A stretch of 64,000 bases of DNA, taken from positions 40,811-104,810 of IMG/VR virus record IMGVR_UViG_3300028591_000129; one strand, given 5' to 3'. Made by a program: the position numbers and the translations under genes. This document shows, one piece after another, positions 30,933 to 39,982 of the stretch. The stretch comes from a virus. Lineage: Duplodnaviria > Caudoviricetes. The notes beneath the pieces were generated by a model. That model was not told where the DNA came from and did no database searches. It saw only the letters and a list, made by a program, of their open reading frames with translations. Position 1 is the first letter of the stretch. Every line of letters begins with the position of its first letter.

Positions 30933-32636
30933 TTAATTACCTTTTCTGTTGCAGTACTTCTCAAGAGCATAACGACAATTATGCACAACAACCCCGTTAG
31001 ACAGTACAAAATTGTGGTAGATTGGCACTTCCAAGTCATATACCGCAGTCCTTTTAGCTGTCTTCGTCACGGACTTAACATACGCGTAGCCGTCTTCACA
31101 AAATAATGCGTCCTCGTGGGTAAGCTCGTCAGCTCTCACGTAACCTCTGTCTGTGGTTAACAGCCTGTGGTTATCAGTACATTCAACTGTCCTACCGTCC
31201 TCAAGTGTAACTCTGTAAATCTCGGCATAATCAAACGTCTTTCTGCAATGACAATAAGGTGTCAAAACAAATCTGTTCCGCTTAATATCATACGCGTGAA
31301 GATAACCCTCGGTATCCACCATATCCTCGATTTTCTTATTTCCGTCAGCAGTAAATACCTCGGTATCTCCCGTAAGGCACGCGTCGATACTGTGGTCGTT
31401 ACCATCAGGATATTGAGATATAAAGTTGCCGTCTTTGTCTTGTTCATACTCATAATTAGCAAATTCCCAAAACGAATCAGGACAATATTTCGGGTCAATA
31501 TAGATATGATTAAGTCCCTGCAACCACTTGATGCCGTAGCGCCTGCTCTCCGCTCCCTTCTGTGCGCCACGAATAAACGCTCCGTATGCTTTGAAGTCAG
31601 CAATGGACTTTGGCTCGGCGCTGTCTGCTATTACCTGCTCTGTCTTATCCACTAAATGTAGCTTCTCATAAAGCTCGTCGAATATCTCGGCATTACGCTT
31701 CTCGTGTGTGCTGTACTCCCTGAAGATATACAAATCAAGCCTTGTCGGGTCAAAATGCATACGGACAAATCGTGTCGGGTCTTTTGCATAGCCCCAATCT
31801 ATGCCGTTGTATATATGGTCAAATGTATCTGAACGCCTACAACCATTGTCCATAATCTCGTCGGCGTCGAACTCACATACATTAGGGAAGACGTCTCCAC
31901 CTGTACCGACAGCAATTCCGAGATACTCGTGCGCGTATGCTCGCTCATTTCTCTCTTTCAGTAACTCGGCTTCCTCGAAGAACGGGTATCCCAACCATTC
32001 AGGCGGTACGTCCAAATATGTATTGTGGGTAACGAGAACTCCGTCACGGTCTTTCATATCTTCCGCATACTCGTTCGCCCAATTGTTTCTGCTTATCGGC
32101 GGGTTGAACGTCATAAAGTTCCAAAAGTCTTTTCCGCCTCTCATTGTGGACTGAAGAACCTTACGCATTTCGTTCTCGCCTGCGAATTGGTCAAGCTCTT
32201 CCCACCAAGTAACTCCGATATAGCCTTTCTCTACCTTAATAGACTTGACCTTGTTCGGGTCGTCCATTCCCATAAAGATTATCTTCTGCCCCGTCGGTCT
32301 GTATACTATCGGGTTACTGTATATCTTCGGTATATGAAACAGTGGTGTCAGCCCAAGCTTCTCTATTCCCCACACTACCTGTGAGTACACGCTGTTCTGT
32401 ATGGTAGCTCCGACCTTACGGAAACATACCGCATTGACAAGCGGGTTACCGACAATGAGCAACGGTATCGCTATGCCCCCGTAAAATGAGGACTTCGTGC
32501 TACCTCTTCCGCCCTTACCTATATAATGCGTGTGCCCGTGTGTCAGTATATCCTTAAGTATCGGTTTGTACATCGGTATCACACACTCATTAACGGGTAT
32601 GCTTATCTCCGCGCTCTCTACCTGTCTGCCTGCCAT
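30933..32636 (-). CDS. terL: terminase large subunit (PBSX-type) with mini-intein
   Basis: GGRGSTKSS (Walker A), WWEE (Walker B), TFNPP, GIDWG, ADSAEPKS, DHSIDA//CRY. Confidence 0.9.
   Translation of the reverse strand: MAGRQVESAEISIPVNECVIPMYKPILKDILTHGHTHYIGKGGRGSTKSSFYGGIAIPLLIVGNPLVNAVCFRKVGATIQNSVYSQVVWGIEKLGLTPLFHIPKIYSNPIVYRPTGQKIIFMGMDDPNKVKSIKVEKGYIGVTWWEELDQFAGENEMRKVLQSTMRGGKDFWNFMTFNPPISRNNWANEYAEDMKDRDGVLVTHNTYLDVPPEWLGYPFFEEAELLKERNERAYAHEYLGIAVGTGGDVFPNVCEFDADEIMDNGCRRSDTFDHIYNGIDWGYAKDPTRFVRMHFDPTRLDLYIFREYSTHEKRNAEIFDELYEKLHLVDKTEQVIADSAEPKSIADFKAYGAFIRGAQKGAESRRYGIKWLQGLNHIYIDPKYCPDSFWEFANYEYEQDKDGNFISQYPDGNDHSIDACLTGDTEVFTADGNKKIEDMVDTEGYLHAYDIKRNRFVLTPYCHCRKTFDYAEIYRVTLEDGRTVECTDNHRLLTTDRGYVRADELTHEDALFCEDGYAYVKSVTKTAKRTAVYDLEVPIYHNFVLSNGVVVHNCRYALEKYCNRKGN
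30978..31379 (-). mobile_element. 134-aa mini-intein without endonuclease domain
   Basis: block A CLTGDT, block B ECTDNH, block F VYDLEV...HNF, block G VVHN followed by +1 Cys. Confidence 0.9.
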
Positions 32637-32844
32637 ACTCTCCTGACCGTACCTGCCTCTTCCTTATCGTCTCGTATTCTCTCCCCGCAGGGGAAAGTGT
32701 GTAGTTTTCCACCATCTGTTATGTACGTTATACCGCCTATAAGTTCCCCTCGCCACGAGTTTGTGTAGTTTTTCAGCTCCTATAAGTGTACGTTATACCC
32801 CGCAGGAAATCAACCCACGGGGCAATCGGTGTAGTTTTTCACTG

Positions 32845-33552
32845 TCAATCCGACAGACCCTCTAAATTAATGTCAGGCTGTACTGCTTCCACTGAAACCT
32901 CTCCGCTACTCGGCATATCCTGACCAAAGTCTAACTTTATCTTCAGTGTCGGCTCTTCATTTCCTGCTAACCTGTTAGGAATATCAATCTGTCTCTTCGC
33001 CAACTCTTGTGCCGCCTTTGTTCTCTCTGACAATGACGCTTCCATATCAAATTGGTCTTTTATCTTGCCCCTCATCACGTCCGTAAAGTACTGCATTATC
33101 TCTTCTGCACTCGCTATACTCTCATTTTTCGCTTGTTCTAAACGATAATTGATTTCATCAGTGACGTAACCTTTGTTTAGGAGCTTCTGAGCATACTGTG
33201 CAGGAGCTTTGCACTGATAACCTGCGTCTATAACGGACTGTTTACCGTTACCTGTTTCTATATATCTGTCGATAAAAGTAGCTTCTTGAGGGGTAAGGGC
33301 GTGACCGTTATGCGTAGCGAATGATACACGGTTAACTTTAACAGCATTACGTGTATTATAGGATTTCTTCTTACCTGTATCTTGTTCTACTACTGCTTCT
33401 GATAGGGATTGATTAGCAATATCTATAACGGTATCCTTATCATTAGGAATAGACTTACTGTCAGTATTAATAACAGTAGGATTATCTATAAGAGTAGGAT
33501 TAACAGTATCAAGGTTATCAGGAAGATTAGGTGTATTCATTTCTTTTTTCAT
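32845..33552 (-). CDS. terS: terminase small subunit
   Basis: LTPQEATFIDRYIETGNGKQSVIDAGY HTH, IASAEEIMQYFT, ERTKAAQELAKR; upstream of terL. Confidence 0.8.
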   Translation of the reverse strand: MKKEMNTPNLPDNLDTVNPTLIDNPTVINTDSKSIPNDKDTVIDIANQSLSEAVVEQDTGKKKSYNTRNAVKVNRVSFATHNGHALTPQEATFIDRYIETGNGKQSVIDAGYQCKAPAQYAQKLLNKGYVTDEINYRLEQAKNESIASAEEIMQYFTDVMRGKIKDQFDMEASLSERTKAAQELAKRQIDIPNRLAGNEEPTLKIKLDFGQDMPSSGEVSVEAVQPDINLEGLSD

Positions 33553-33649
33553 TTTCGCCGGCGCGCCCCTTATTCTATGGTAAAAGGGTAAGTGTGACTG
33601 TCTCTTGCCTTACTTACCCTTCTCCGAGTGTGTTTCTTATCCTATTGTA

Positions 33650-33829
33650 TCACTTGTCTGCCGTTTCGTCAGTAACTCGTACTATACCTTCCTTACGGTC
33701 TTCTTCTTCCTCTCCCTCTTCGTATGCTTCATCGGCTACCCTGTTTATCTCGTCTCGCATACTCTCTACTACTTCATCTATGTCCTTGTATATCTTCTCA
33801 AGGTCAAACTTCTCTTTCTTCTCTGCCAT
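33650..33829 (-). CDS. 59-aa acidic protein (not in ORF track)
   Basis: MAEKKEKFDLEKIYKDIDEVVESMRDEINRVADEAYEEGEEEEDRK... Confidence 0.55.
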   Translation of the reverse strand: MAEKKEKFDLEKIYKDIDEVVESMRDEINRVADEAYEEGEEEEDRKEGIVRVTDETADK

Positions 33830-33860
33830 CTTTTCGTACCGTCCTTTGCCTTATTTTTCC

Positions 33861-34382
33861 TTACGCCTTGTCAAAGTCGTCTCTTCTTATGTTTCTCGTC
33901 CTGATGTGTCCGCCGAACCTTCTTCCGCCTCTTCGATTATCCGCCGCTACCATTCGGTCTATCATTTGTCTCTGTATCGTGCTCCTCACTATCTCCTCAA
34001 CAACTCTCCTCTGTGCACTGTTCAGGTTAGGGTTGTTCGCAAGTATTCTCGATATTGCCTGCTGTATCTGCCCGTTCTCTCCCCTTGCTTCCTCTCTTTG
34101 CATCATTGTGTTCAGCTTGGAGATAAAATTGTCCTTTTGTGACTGCGTCGCGCCTGACATTGCGATTGCATATCCTCTTACTGCGTTTGCTATGTCTATC
34201 TTGTCACTGTACTTGTTTAAGCTGTTGAGTGTCGACTCTATTGACGTGAAGTTGTATGGGAAGATTACAAGGGAATTCGCGTCCCTGAATTTGTCCCTCA
34301 ATACCCCTGTCGCGTCCTTAAGGTTTGTTACCTGTGTGCCCGTTATCTGTCCTCGACCTGTGTGTACGCCTACTGCTCCCAT
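33861..34382 (-). CDS. Arg-rich hypothetical protein (MGAVG...)
   Basis: ATG at 34382 behind AGGAG. Confidence 0.6.
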   Translation of the reverse strand: MGAVGVHTGRGQITGTQVTNLKDATGVLRDKFRDANSLVIFPYNFTSIESTLNSLNKYSDKIDIANAVRGYAIAMSGATQSQKDNFISKLNTMMQREEARGENGQIQQAISRILANNPNLNSAQRRVVEEIVRSTIQRQMIDRMVAADNRRGGRRFGGHIRTRNIRRDDFDKA

Positions 34383-34696
34383 TGCTGTAAATCTCCTTTG
34401 TCTTTCGCCTTTATAGCGTCCCATACCTCGTCTTGAGGTATCTCTTTACCGATTACAGTGTACCACATATCGCGTAAATACTTGACTATACGCATCTGTG
34501 ACGTGCTCTCATACAGCTTCACATTCTTCCAACGCCCGCTCTCTTCGTCATATACCGCCTGCTTAATTGTGTATATCGTCACGGGTCTCTGCTGTTGCTC
34601 CGAATAAAACTGTGAGGTGGAATACATTATCTTCTTCCCACCCCTCGTGTTGAGCGCTTTCTGTAACTTGCGTATAAGTACTGTGTTACTCGGCAT
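34370..34696 (-). CDS. hypothetical protein, first gene of the terminase-containing operon
   Basis: ORF track; AAGGAG RBS; TATACTGATAAGT motif upstream. Confidence 0.7.
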   Translation of the reverse strand: MPSNTVLIRKLQKALNTRGGKKIMYSTSQFYSEQQQRPVTIYTIKQAVYDEESGRWKNVKLYESTSQMRIVKYLRDMWYTVIGKEIPQDEVWDAIKAKDKGDLQQWEQ

Positions 34697-34893
34697 TTGC
34701 AGATACTCTCCTTACTTATCAGTATATACAATCTTTGAGGGAATTACAATATTATGTACTCTCTTTGCTACCCCGCTTTTTCAGCGTTTTTAATTGGTGT
34801 AGCTACCGATTTTTAATGGGTTTTGACCGCCCCCTACCCTGTCCTGTCAAAAATACAAGACGGATAAGGGGCAATATGTCAAAAACACAGGAG

Positions 34894-35979
34894 TTAAGCC
34901 ATAAGTGCTACTACTGAAGTGACGTCTCCGTCGATAATCTTGATAGCTTCCTCGCTTCCGTAGTATATGTCTACCACGTTTCCTATCTGCGACTTAATCT
35001 GCGTGGTCAGTGTGGCAATGTCTGTCCTGCACTCGAACTCACCGACGTTAGCTGTTCCCTCTGCGTACTCTATCTTCTCTTCCGCGTCCTTGCTCGTTAC
35101 CGTAAGTCCGTCCTTACCGAATGACAGCTTTATCTCTCCGTTGTCGTAAAGTCCTACGAAAAGTGCAATTCTGTCGAGCAGGTTAAGGAACGGCATTTTG
35201 GATACCTTGCAAGAATATCCGAAGTCCTGCGTTACGTATGTTCGAAGACCCTCAATGTTAAATCTCTCGATACTGTCAGGGATAGTTGTGTATACGTGTC
35301 CGTCGTCAGATACAAATATCATATTGTTTCCGTTAACATAAACGTTTATGTCCCCCGTAAGAAGTCCGACCAAGTCCATTGTACGTGCGTCAATGAGATA
35401 CGGGCTGTTCAAGAAACCCTTTGCAAAGCTTCCTACCGTGTATCTGTCTGTCGTAAGCACGCCCTTACTGTCGGCGTAATAACAACTGTACCAAGGCTCG
35501 TCATTAGTAGTAAGAAGTGCTGACTTGATACTTGTGATAACTGTGCTGATGTCCGCAGAATTTGCCTTACCGACGGCGTTCTGCTCTGTCGTATACTGCT
35601 CAAGCTCCTTGAGCGGGTCGTGCAATACGATAGGCTCTCCGTCAGGTGCGTCAAGAGCAATCTGATACTGTCCGTTACCCTTAACAGTGAGTGCCTTGTT
35701 CGTAATCTCAAGTGTCGTCTTGTCACTCGTAATCTTGGATACAAGTCTCGTGAGAATATCTACGGATACTGCAACATACAGGTCGTCTCCCTCAATGTTG
35801 TCTGCCGTGATATACAGATAGTTTGCTCTCATTCTGTCGATTGTCATAAGGGTCAGGTGTCCGCCCTTAAGGCTGATAGCAACATACTCTGTCTCGGGCT
35901 TGAGCTTGTCGTTACCTGCACCCTTGACTACCTTGCCAAGCATTGCCTGTAACTGCGTCGTGTTCATTGTAAGTTTCAT
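34894..35979 (-). CDS. dnaN: sliding clamp (DNA polymerase III beta-like)
   Basis: 361 aa; three-domain beta-clamp pattern (LTTDRY, FLNLLDRIALF, C-terminal VVALM); clamp-loader genes present in the window. Confidence 0.75.
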   Translation of the reverse strand: MKLTMNTTQLQAMLGKVVKGAGNDKLKPETEYVAISLKGGHLTLMTIDRMRANYLYITADNIEGDDLYVAVSVDILTRLVSKITSDKTTLEITNKALTVKGNGQYQIALDAPDGEPIVLHDPLKELEQYTTEQNAVGKANSADISTVITSIKSALLTTNDEPWYSCYYADSKGVLTTDRYTVGSFAKGFLNSPYLIDARTMDLVGLLTGDINVYVNGNNMIFVSDDGHVYTTIPDSIERFNIEGLRTYVTQDFGYSCKVSKMPFLNLLDRIALFVGLYDNGEIKLSFGKDGLTVTSKDAEEKIEYAEGTANVGEFECRTDIATLTTQIKSQIGNVVDIYYGSEEAIKIIDGDVTSVVALMA

Positions 35980-36000
35980 ACCTTACCTCCTGTGTTTATA

Positions 36001-36915
36001 TTATTCTTTGTTTTGCTTCTTATACGTACTGCTCACTATCTTCGGTACTGCGTTCTCCCACTTCACGTTGTGGTGTACCCTCGCGTGATTATTACCTAAA
36101 ATGCCTATCTTACAAAACGACGGGCAACACATTACCGTATAGAATGACTTACAATACGTTCCCTCTGACGTGTACGGTGTTATCAGTCCGCCTTTTCGCA
36201 TTCCGCCCCGCCTGTTTCTCTGCTGTGTATCGTTCTGATTGATACTTACGTCCATAACGGTCAGAAACAGGTCTCCACGAGCACCTAACATACAATACGT
36301 GTTCACGTCTTCATTCAGTCTTCCTACGAACGTGAACGGTCTGTCCGTCGAGCATATAAAGCTGTTCATTGCCTTGCGCATAACTCGCGCCTTGAAATGT
36401 GAACCCTCTATACCGCCCATAAAGTCCCCGTTTTGCGCGATACATAACGTCTTCAGTGTCGGAATACTCTTATAATAGTCCAACAACGCCTCGAATACCA
36501 CGTCAAGCTTCGTAGGAAACAATGTCTTAAGCTTCCCGTCTGCCTCGAACCTGAATTGGAACTCATAATAGTCGTCGTCAAGTACCATAAAATAAGTGTA
36601 ACCAAGCCCCTTGGCGATGTCAAAGCAGGCATTTCTTGCATAAGTTGCCGAATTCCGTAACGGCACGTTGTCCATATGGTCGAACTTATCTGTCACGCTG
36701 TCCTTATCGAACTGAATTATCTTATCCTTGCCGAAACGCTTCACGTACTTGTCATATGTGTCGTCGTCACTTCCAAGCACGATATACCATTCTCCCGTGT
36801 ACCCGTACTTATTAAGAGTATCTACGGTCAGTATAAGGTCAGCATTGTGGTGGCTGATAATCAGCACGACAAGGTCACTCAAAGTCTTTGGCTTGTTTTG
36901 CAAGATTTCCGTCAT
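36001..36915 (-). CDS. GT-A fold glycosyltransferase (TAGT/GREB1-like), candidate DNA base modification
   Basis: YARNACF, YFMVLDDDY (DxD), RKAMNSF, GRLNEDV. Confidence 0.65.
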   Translation of the reverse strand: MTEILQNKPKTLSDLVVLIISHHNADLILTVDTLNKYGYTGEWYIVLGSDDDTYDKYVKRFGKDKIIQFDKDSVTDKFDHMDNVPLRNSATYARNACFDIAKGLGYTYFMVLDDDYYEFQFRFEADGKLKTLFPTKLDVVFEALLDYYKSIPTLKTLCIAQNGDFMGGIEGSHFKARVMRKAMNSFICSTDRPFTFVGRLNEDVNTYCMLGARGDLFLTVMDVSINQNDTQQRNRRGGMRKGGLITPYTSEGTYCKSFYTVMCCPSFCKIGILGNNHARVHHNVKWENAVPKIVSSTYKKQNKE

Positions 36916-37294
36916 TGCGGATTGCCTCCAATCTCTTTGACAGCTTCACATATCCGTTTGCTATCGCGTCGTCAAAGTCGATTAATACCAACGCTGATTC
37001 TTCCATAAGCTTTTGCATTTCAGGCGTAGCGCTTGCATAATAATCCGCGATAAGTCCATAGTTAAATACGATATGTCGGGTCGCACCGTAACGTAAGAAC
37101 CTCTTTTCCTCGTCGGTAATGTCTGCCTCGTCTATATGCCTTAACAGCTCGTTATACTTGCGATAATCATAGCAGGCGTCGACTGACGGCGGATTATCAC
37201 TCGGTGTGTATTGCGGTATCTTGAGCAATCTCGAATACTTATTATCGCCGTCCATTGCAGTACTTTGAATGGCTACTAATGGCTTCATTCTCAT
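36875..37294 (-). CDS. hypothetical protein coupled to the glycosyltransferase
   Basis: overlaps the glycosyltransferase start; RHIVFNYGLIADYYA...IDFDDAIANGY. Confidence 0.6.
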   Translation of the reverse strand: MRMKPLVAIQSTAMDGDNKYSRLLKIPQYTPSDNPPSVDACYDYRKYNELLRHIDEADITDEEKRFLRYGATRHIVFNYGLIADYYASATPEMQKLMEESALVLIDFDDAIANGYVKLSKRLEAIRNDGNLAKQAKDFE

Positions 37295-37297
37295 ACG

Positions 37298-38347
37298 TTA
37301 TTCCTCACTCTCGCTGTCCTCGTCGTCAATATCCCACTCCTCATAGTTATCCCACTCAATGTTCTCTCCGTACCACGCGTCGGATACGGTAACGTCGCAC
37401 TTGATAGGCATTTGCAGTATCTCCTCGGCGGCGTGAGACATTGTCTCGGCAAGTAACTCTGAGCACTCTTTCATATTCTCTCTCGGGCACTCCGCGATAA
37501 TTTCGTCGTGTACAGGGATAAGCATTCTGAACCCCAAATCACGTAAGCGCTCGTTCTTATAAAGCTCTATCATTGCTATCTTTGTAAGGTCGGCGGCACT
37601 GCCCTGAATACGGGAATTTACGCATTGTCTCGTGGCATTGCCTATCCTCTTACTGTTATCTGTGATAACAAAATGCTCGCGCTCTGCTTGGTCAAATATC
37701 GTAAATTTCTGCTTTCTGCTCTGCGCATTCAACAGCTTTGTGATATAGTACTTTTCCTTTTGATACGGAACGGTCACGTCGGTGTTCTCAAAGTCGAGAA
37801 TATCTCCGTCGGGTTCAAAACCTTTCTTCCAAGCAATCTCGTACTTGGGCAACTGCAAATCAGGAAGTCTGCGCTTACGTCCGCAAACGGTGGTAACATA
37901 CCCAAGCTCGCGTGCCATCTGTAAAGACCTGTCCTCAAATGCCTTGATTGCAGGAAACGCTCTAAATACGCTGTCCTTAATAGCCTGCGCCTCTTCTTCC
38001 GTACAGCCTAACTGCTCTGCGATACTCTTAATGCCTCTTCCATACAGCACTCCAAGTAAGATACTTTTAGCCTGTCCTCTTCGCGTCTTACCCGCGTCAT
38101 ACGTGTCCGTCTCTCCGTCAGCAAGCTTATCATAATGGTCGTCGGTGGCGTAATACCAATTCCCGTCTTCACCCTTTACGATAGGTGTACCCTTGGGGAA
38201 ATGCTCAAGACATTCCTCATATGATACGTGAAAAGACTTACTCGCAATCTCTGAATACAAGTCCTTGCCCTGCATAAATGTGTCGTACATTTGACTATCG
38301 CCGTCCATACGGCACAAGGCGGCAAGGCATTTTGGTTCTTGCTGTGA
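37298..38347 (-). CDS. polA: family A DNA polymerase, C-terminal frame (second half of motif A, motifs B and C)
   Basis: SQQEPKCLAAL, RGQAKSILLGVLYG (B), NSRIQGSAAD, IPVHDEI (C); the frame opens only downstream of a TGA at 38365-38363. Confidence 0.85.
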   Translation of the reverse strand, partial: SQQEPKCLAALCRMDGDSQMYDTFMQGKDLYSEIASKSFHVSYEECLEHFPKGTPIVKGEDGNWYYATDDHYDKLADGETDTYDAGKTRRGQAKSILLGVLYGRGIKSIAEQLGCTEEEAQAIKDSVFRAFPAIKAFEDRSLQMARELGYVTTVCGRKRRLPDLQLPKYEIAWKKGFEPDGDILDFENTDVTVPYQKEKYYITKLLNAQSRKQKFTIFDQAEREHFVITDNSKRIGNATRQCVNSRIQGSAADLTKIAMIELYKNERLRDLGFRMLIPVHDEIIAECPRENMKECSELLAETMSHAAEEILQMPIKCDVTVSDAWYGENIEWDNYEEWDIDDEDSESEE

Positions 38348-38352
38348 CCGCT

Positions 38353-38406
38353 CTAAGAGAAGTCACTTGACAGTAAGACGTAATTCTCAACTGTTCGTAA
38401 CTTCAC
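38353..38406 (-). CDS. polA: family A DNA polymerase, middle mini-frame carrying the catalytic Asp of motif A
   Basis: GTG 7 nt after GAGGGGGTG; MKLRTVENYVLLSSDFS-stop. Confidence 0.7.
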   Translation of the reverse strand: MKLRTVENYVLLSSDFS

Positions 38407-39982
38407 TCATTATCACCCCCTCAACAATGTCAAATGTAATAGTAGTGTCGGTTTTCGTTATCTCGCGGATAACAACATTTCCCTCGTCAGTAACAAGTGT
38501 GTCACCCACACGCATATTATCTGCGTATGTAAATCCACCAAGCGTCTCTACGTTACACCAACGGCTCACCGTAAAATGGTTGTCCTGTGCTTCCACGTCT
38601 TCCGACGCCCTGCTCGCAACAAACATTGGTCGTATATCTTTTGCGTGCGACGGGATATTCTGCATATTAGGGTCACTTGAACTCATTCTGCCCGTATCTG
38701 CGCCGTATTGGTTGAACTTGCAATGAAGCCTGTGGTCATTCGGATTAAGACATTCAGGCAACTTATCAATATACGTTGATAAGAGCTTCTTTGCACCTCG
38801 ATAGTCAAGGATAGCTTTTGTCAAAGGTGTGCCAAATGACTTAAGTATCTTTTCTCCTGTACCTCTCGGTTGCTTCCTGCTCACGCTCTCATATTTAAGA
38901 ATATCGTAGAACAGCACGGCTAACTGCTGTGAACTTCCAACCTTGATAGGGTCGTCCAACTTACAGTCGCTATGGCTTGCCTTATATGCCTCTATTTCCG
39001 CGTCATATTCGTGCAACAACGTATGGAAATGCTGTAATGCCTCTTCCTGCTTCTCGTGGTACTTGACGGACAACTCACGAGCGTACATAACGTCCAACGA
39101 TACCCCTGCGTCTTCCATATCAATGATTACGTCGATTAACGGCATTTCAATGTTAAAGAACACGTATGACACACCGTTCATACCATTACGGTCACTTAAC
39201 GGCGCGTCAGGGTCATAATACAAGTACTGATACTGAAACTCGAAGTCCTCGTCAGTTATCTTTGCGTCGTGTCCTGCATACAGATAACCTATGTTGATAG
39301 GAATAAGGCTAAACTTAACCTTGTCGAACAACTCGTCAAAGCTAAATGCGTCAGCAGTGCCCCCAAGTACGTACTTTTGGTGCAACTTCTTTAAGCCGAC
39401 CTTACCCTTAATCTCATACTTCTCGTTCTCGTTAAGACACCTGTGCCCGATAGAACAGTCCCACCAACAGTGAAGACGTACCCCAATTTGGTGCATAATG
39501 ACCCTTATATCGAACGGGGCGTTAAACATTATTATCTTTGTACCTGCCTCGTTAAGACGTTGTAATTCCTTTGCTACGACCTCTTTAGGTAATTGGTCGG
39601 GACATTTCTCACCCGTGATATAGTTAACGTGATTTAACGGCACATAGACCGTCTTCTCGCCCTTTACATATAAGCTTGTACCAACACAATCGTCCAACAT
39701 TGGGTCAAGTCCCGTTGTCTCTGTATCTATCGCAACCCTGCCAAACTCAATTGCCTTGGTTATATACGAATACAGCTCAATCTCATTCTGAATGCAGGCG
39801 GTCTCATTCTCGTACATTCCAAGGTTCTTAAGTACAACCGTCTTGATATTTGCGATTTGAGACGCGAGACCGCCATTACGTTTTACCGTAGTGGCGGGCT
39901 TCTTCGCGCTCTTCTTGGCTTTCTGTACGATAGCAAGGTCATTCGCCCTGTCCGAACGTGGTATTAAGCTCCTTATGGGCAT
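38387..39982 (-). CDS. polA: family A DNA polymerase, N-terminal frame (3'-5' exonuclease and thumb) with Hint-like tail
   Basis: AIDTETTG (ExoI), FNAPFD (ExoII), YAGHDA (ExoIII), TGRMSSSDPNMQNIP. Confidence 0.9.
   Translation of the reverse strand: MPIRSLIPRSDRANDLAIVQKAKKSAKKPATTVKRNGGLASQIANIKTVVLKNLGMYENETACIQNEIELYSYITKAIEFGRVAIDTETTGLDPMLDDCVGTSLYVKGEKTVYVPLNHVNYITGEKCPDQLPKEVVAKELQRLNEAGTKIIMFNAPFDIRVIMHQIGVRLHCWWDCSIGHRCLNENEKYEIKGKVGLKKLHQKYVLGGTADAFSFDELFDKVKFSLIPINIGYLYAGHDAKITDEDFEFQYQYLYYDPDAPLSDRNGMNGVSYVFFNIEMPLIDVIIDMEDAGVSLDVMYARELSVKYHEKQEEALQHFHTLLHEYDAEIEAYKASHSDCKLDDPIKVGSSQQLAVLFYDILKYESVSRKQPRGTGEKILKSFGTPLTKAILDYRGAKKLLSTYIDKLPECLNPNDHRLHCKFNQYGADTGRMSSSDPNMQNIPSHAKDIRPMFVASRASEDVEAQDNHFTVSRWCNVETLGGFTYADNMRVGDTLVTDEGNVVIREITKTDTTITFDIVEGVIMSEVTNS

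Noticed and set aside
33650-34382. MGAVG protein plus small downstream protein as a sixth effector/peptide pair
   Set aside because: The tag only loosely matches MGSxG, no catalytic motif is recognisable, and the partner is acidic rather than Lys-rich.
38353-38355. TAG read-through (code 15) to repair the polymerase
   Set aside because: The downstream motif is in a different frame, so read-through alone does not restore it; no suppressor tRNA was seen.
38345-38358. Self-splicing intron in the polymerase gene
   Set aside because: 11 nt cannot hold a ribozyme, and no U|...G boundary restores the motif exactly; kept only as a possible scar.
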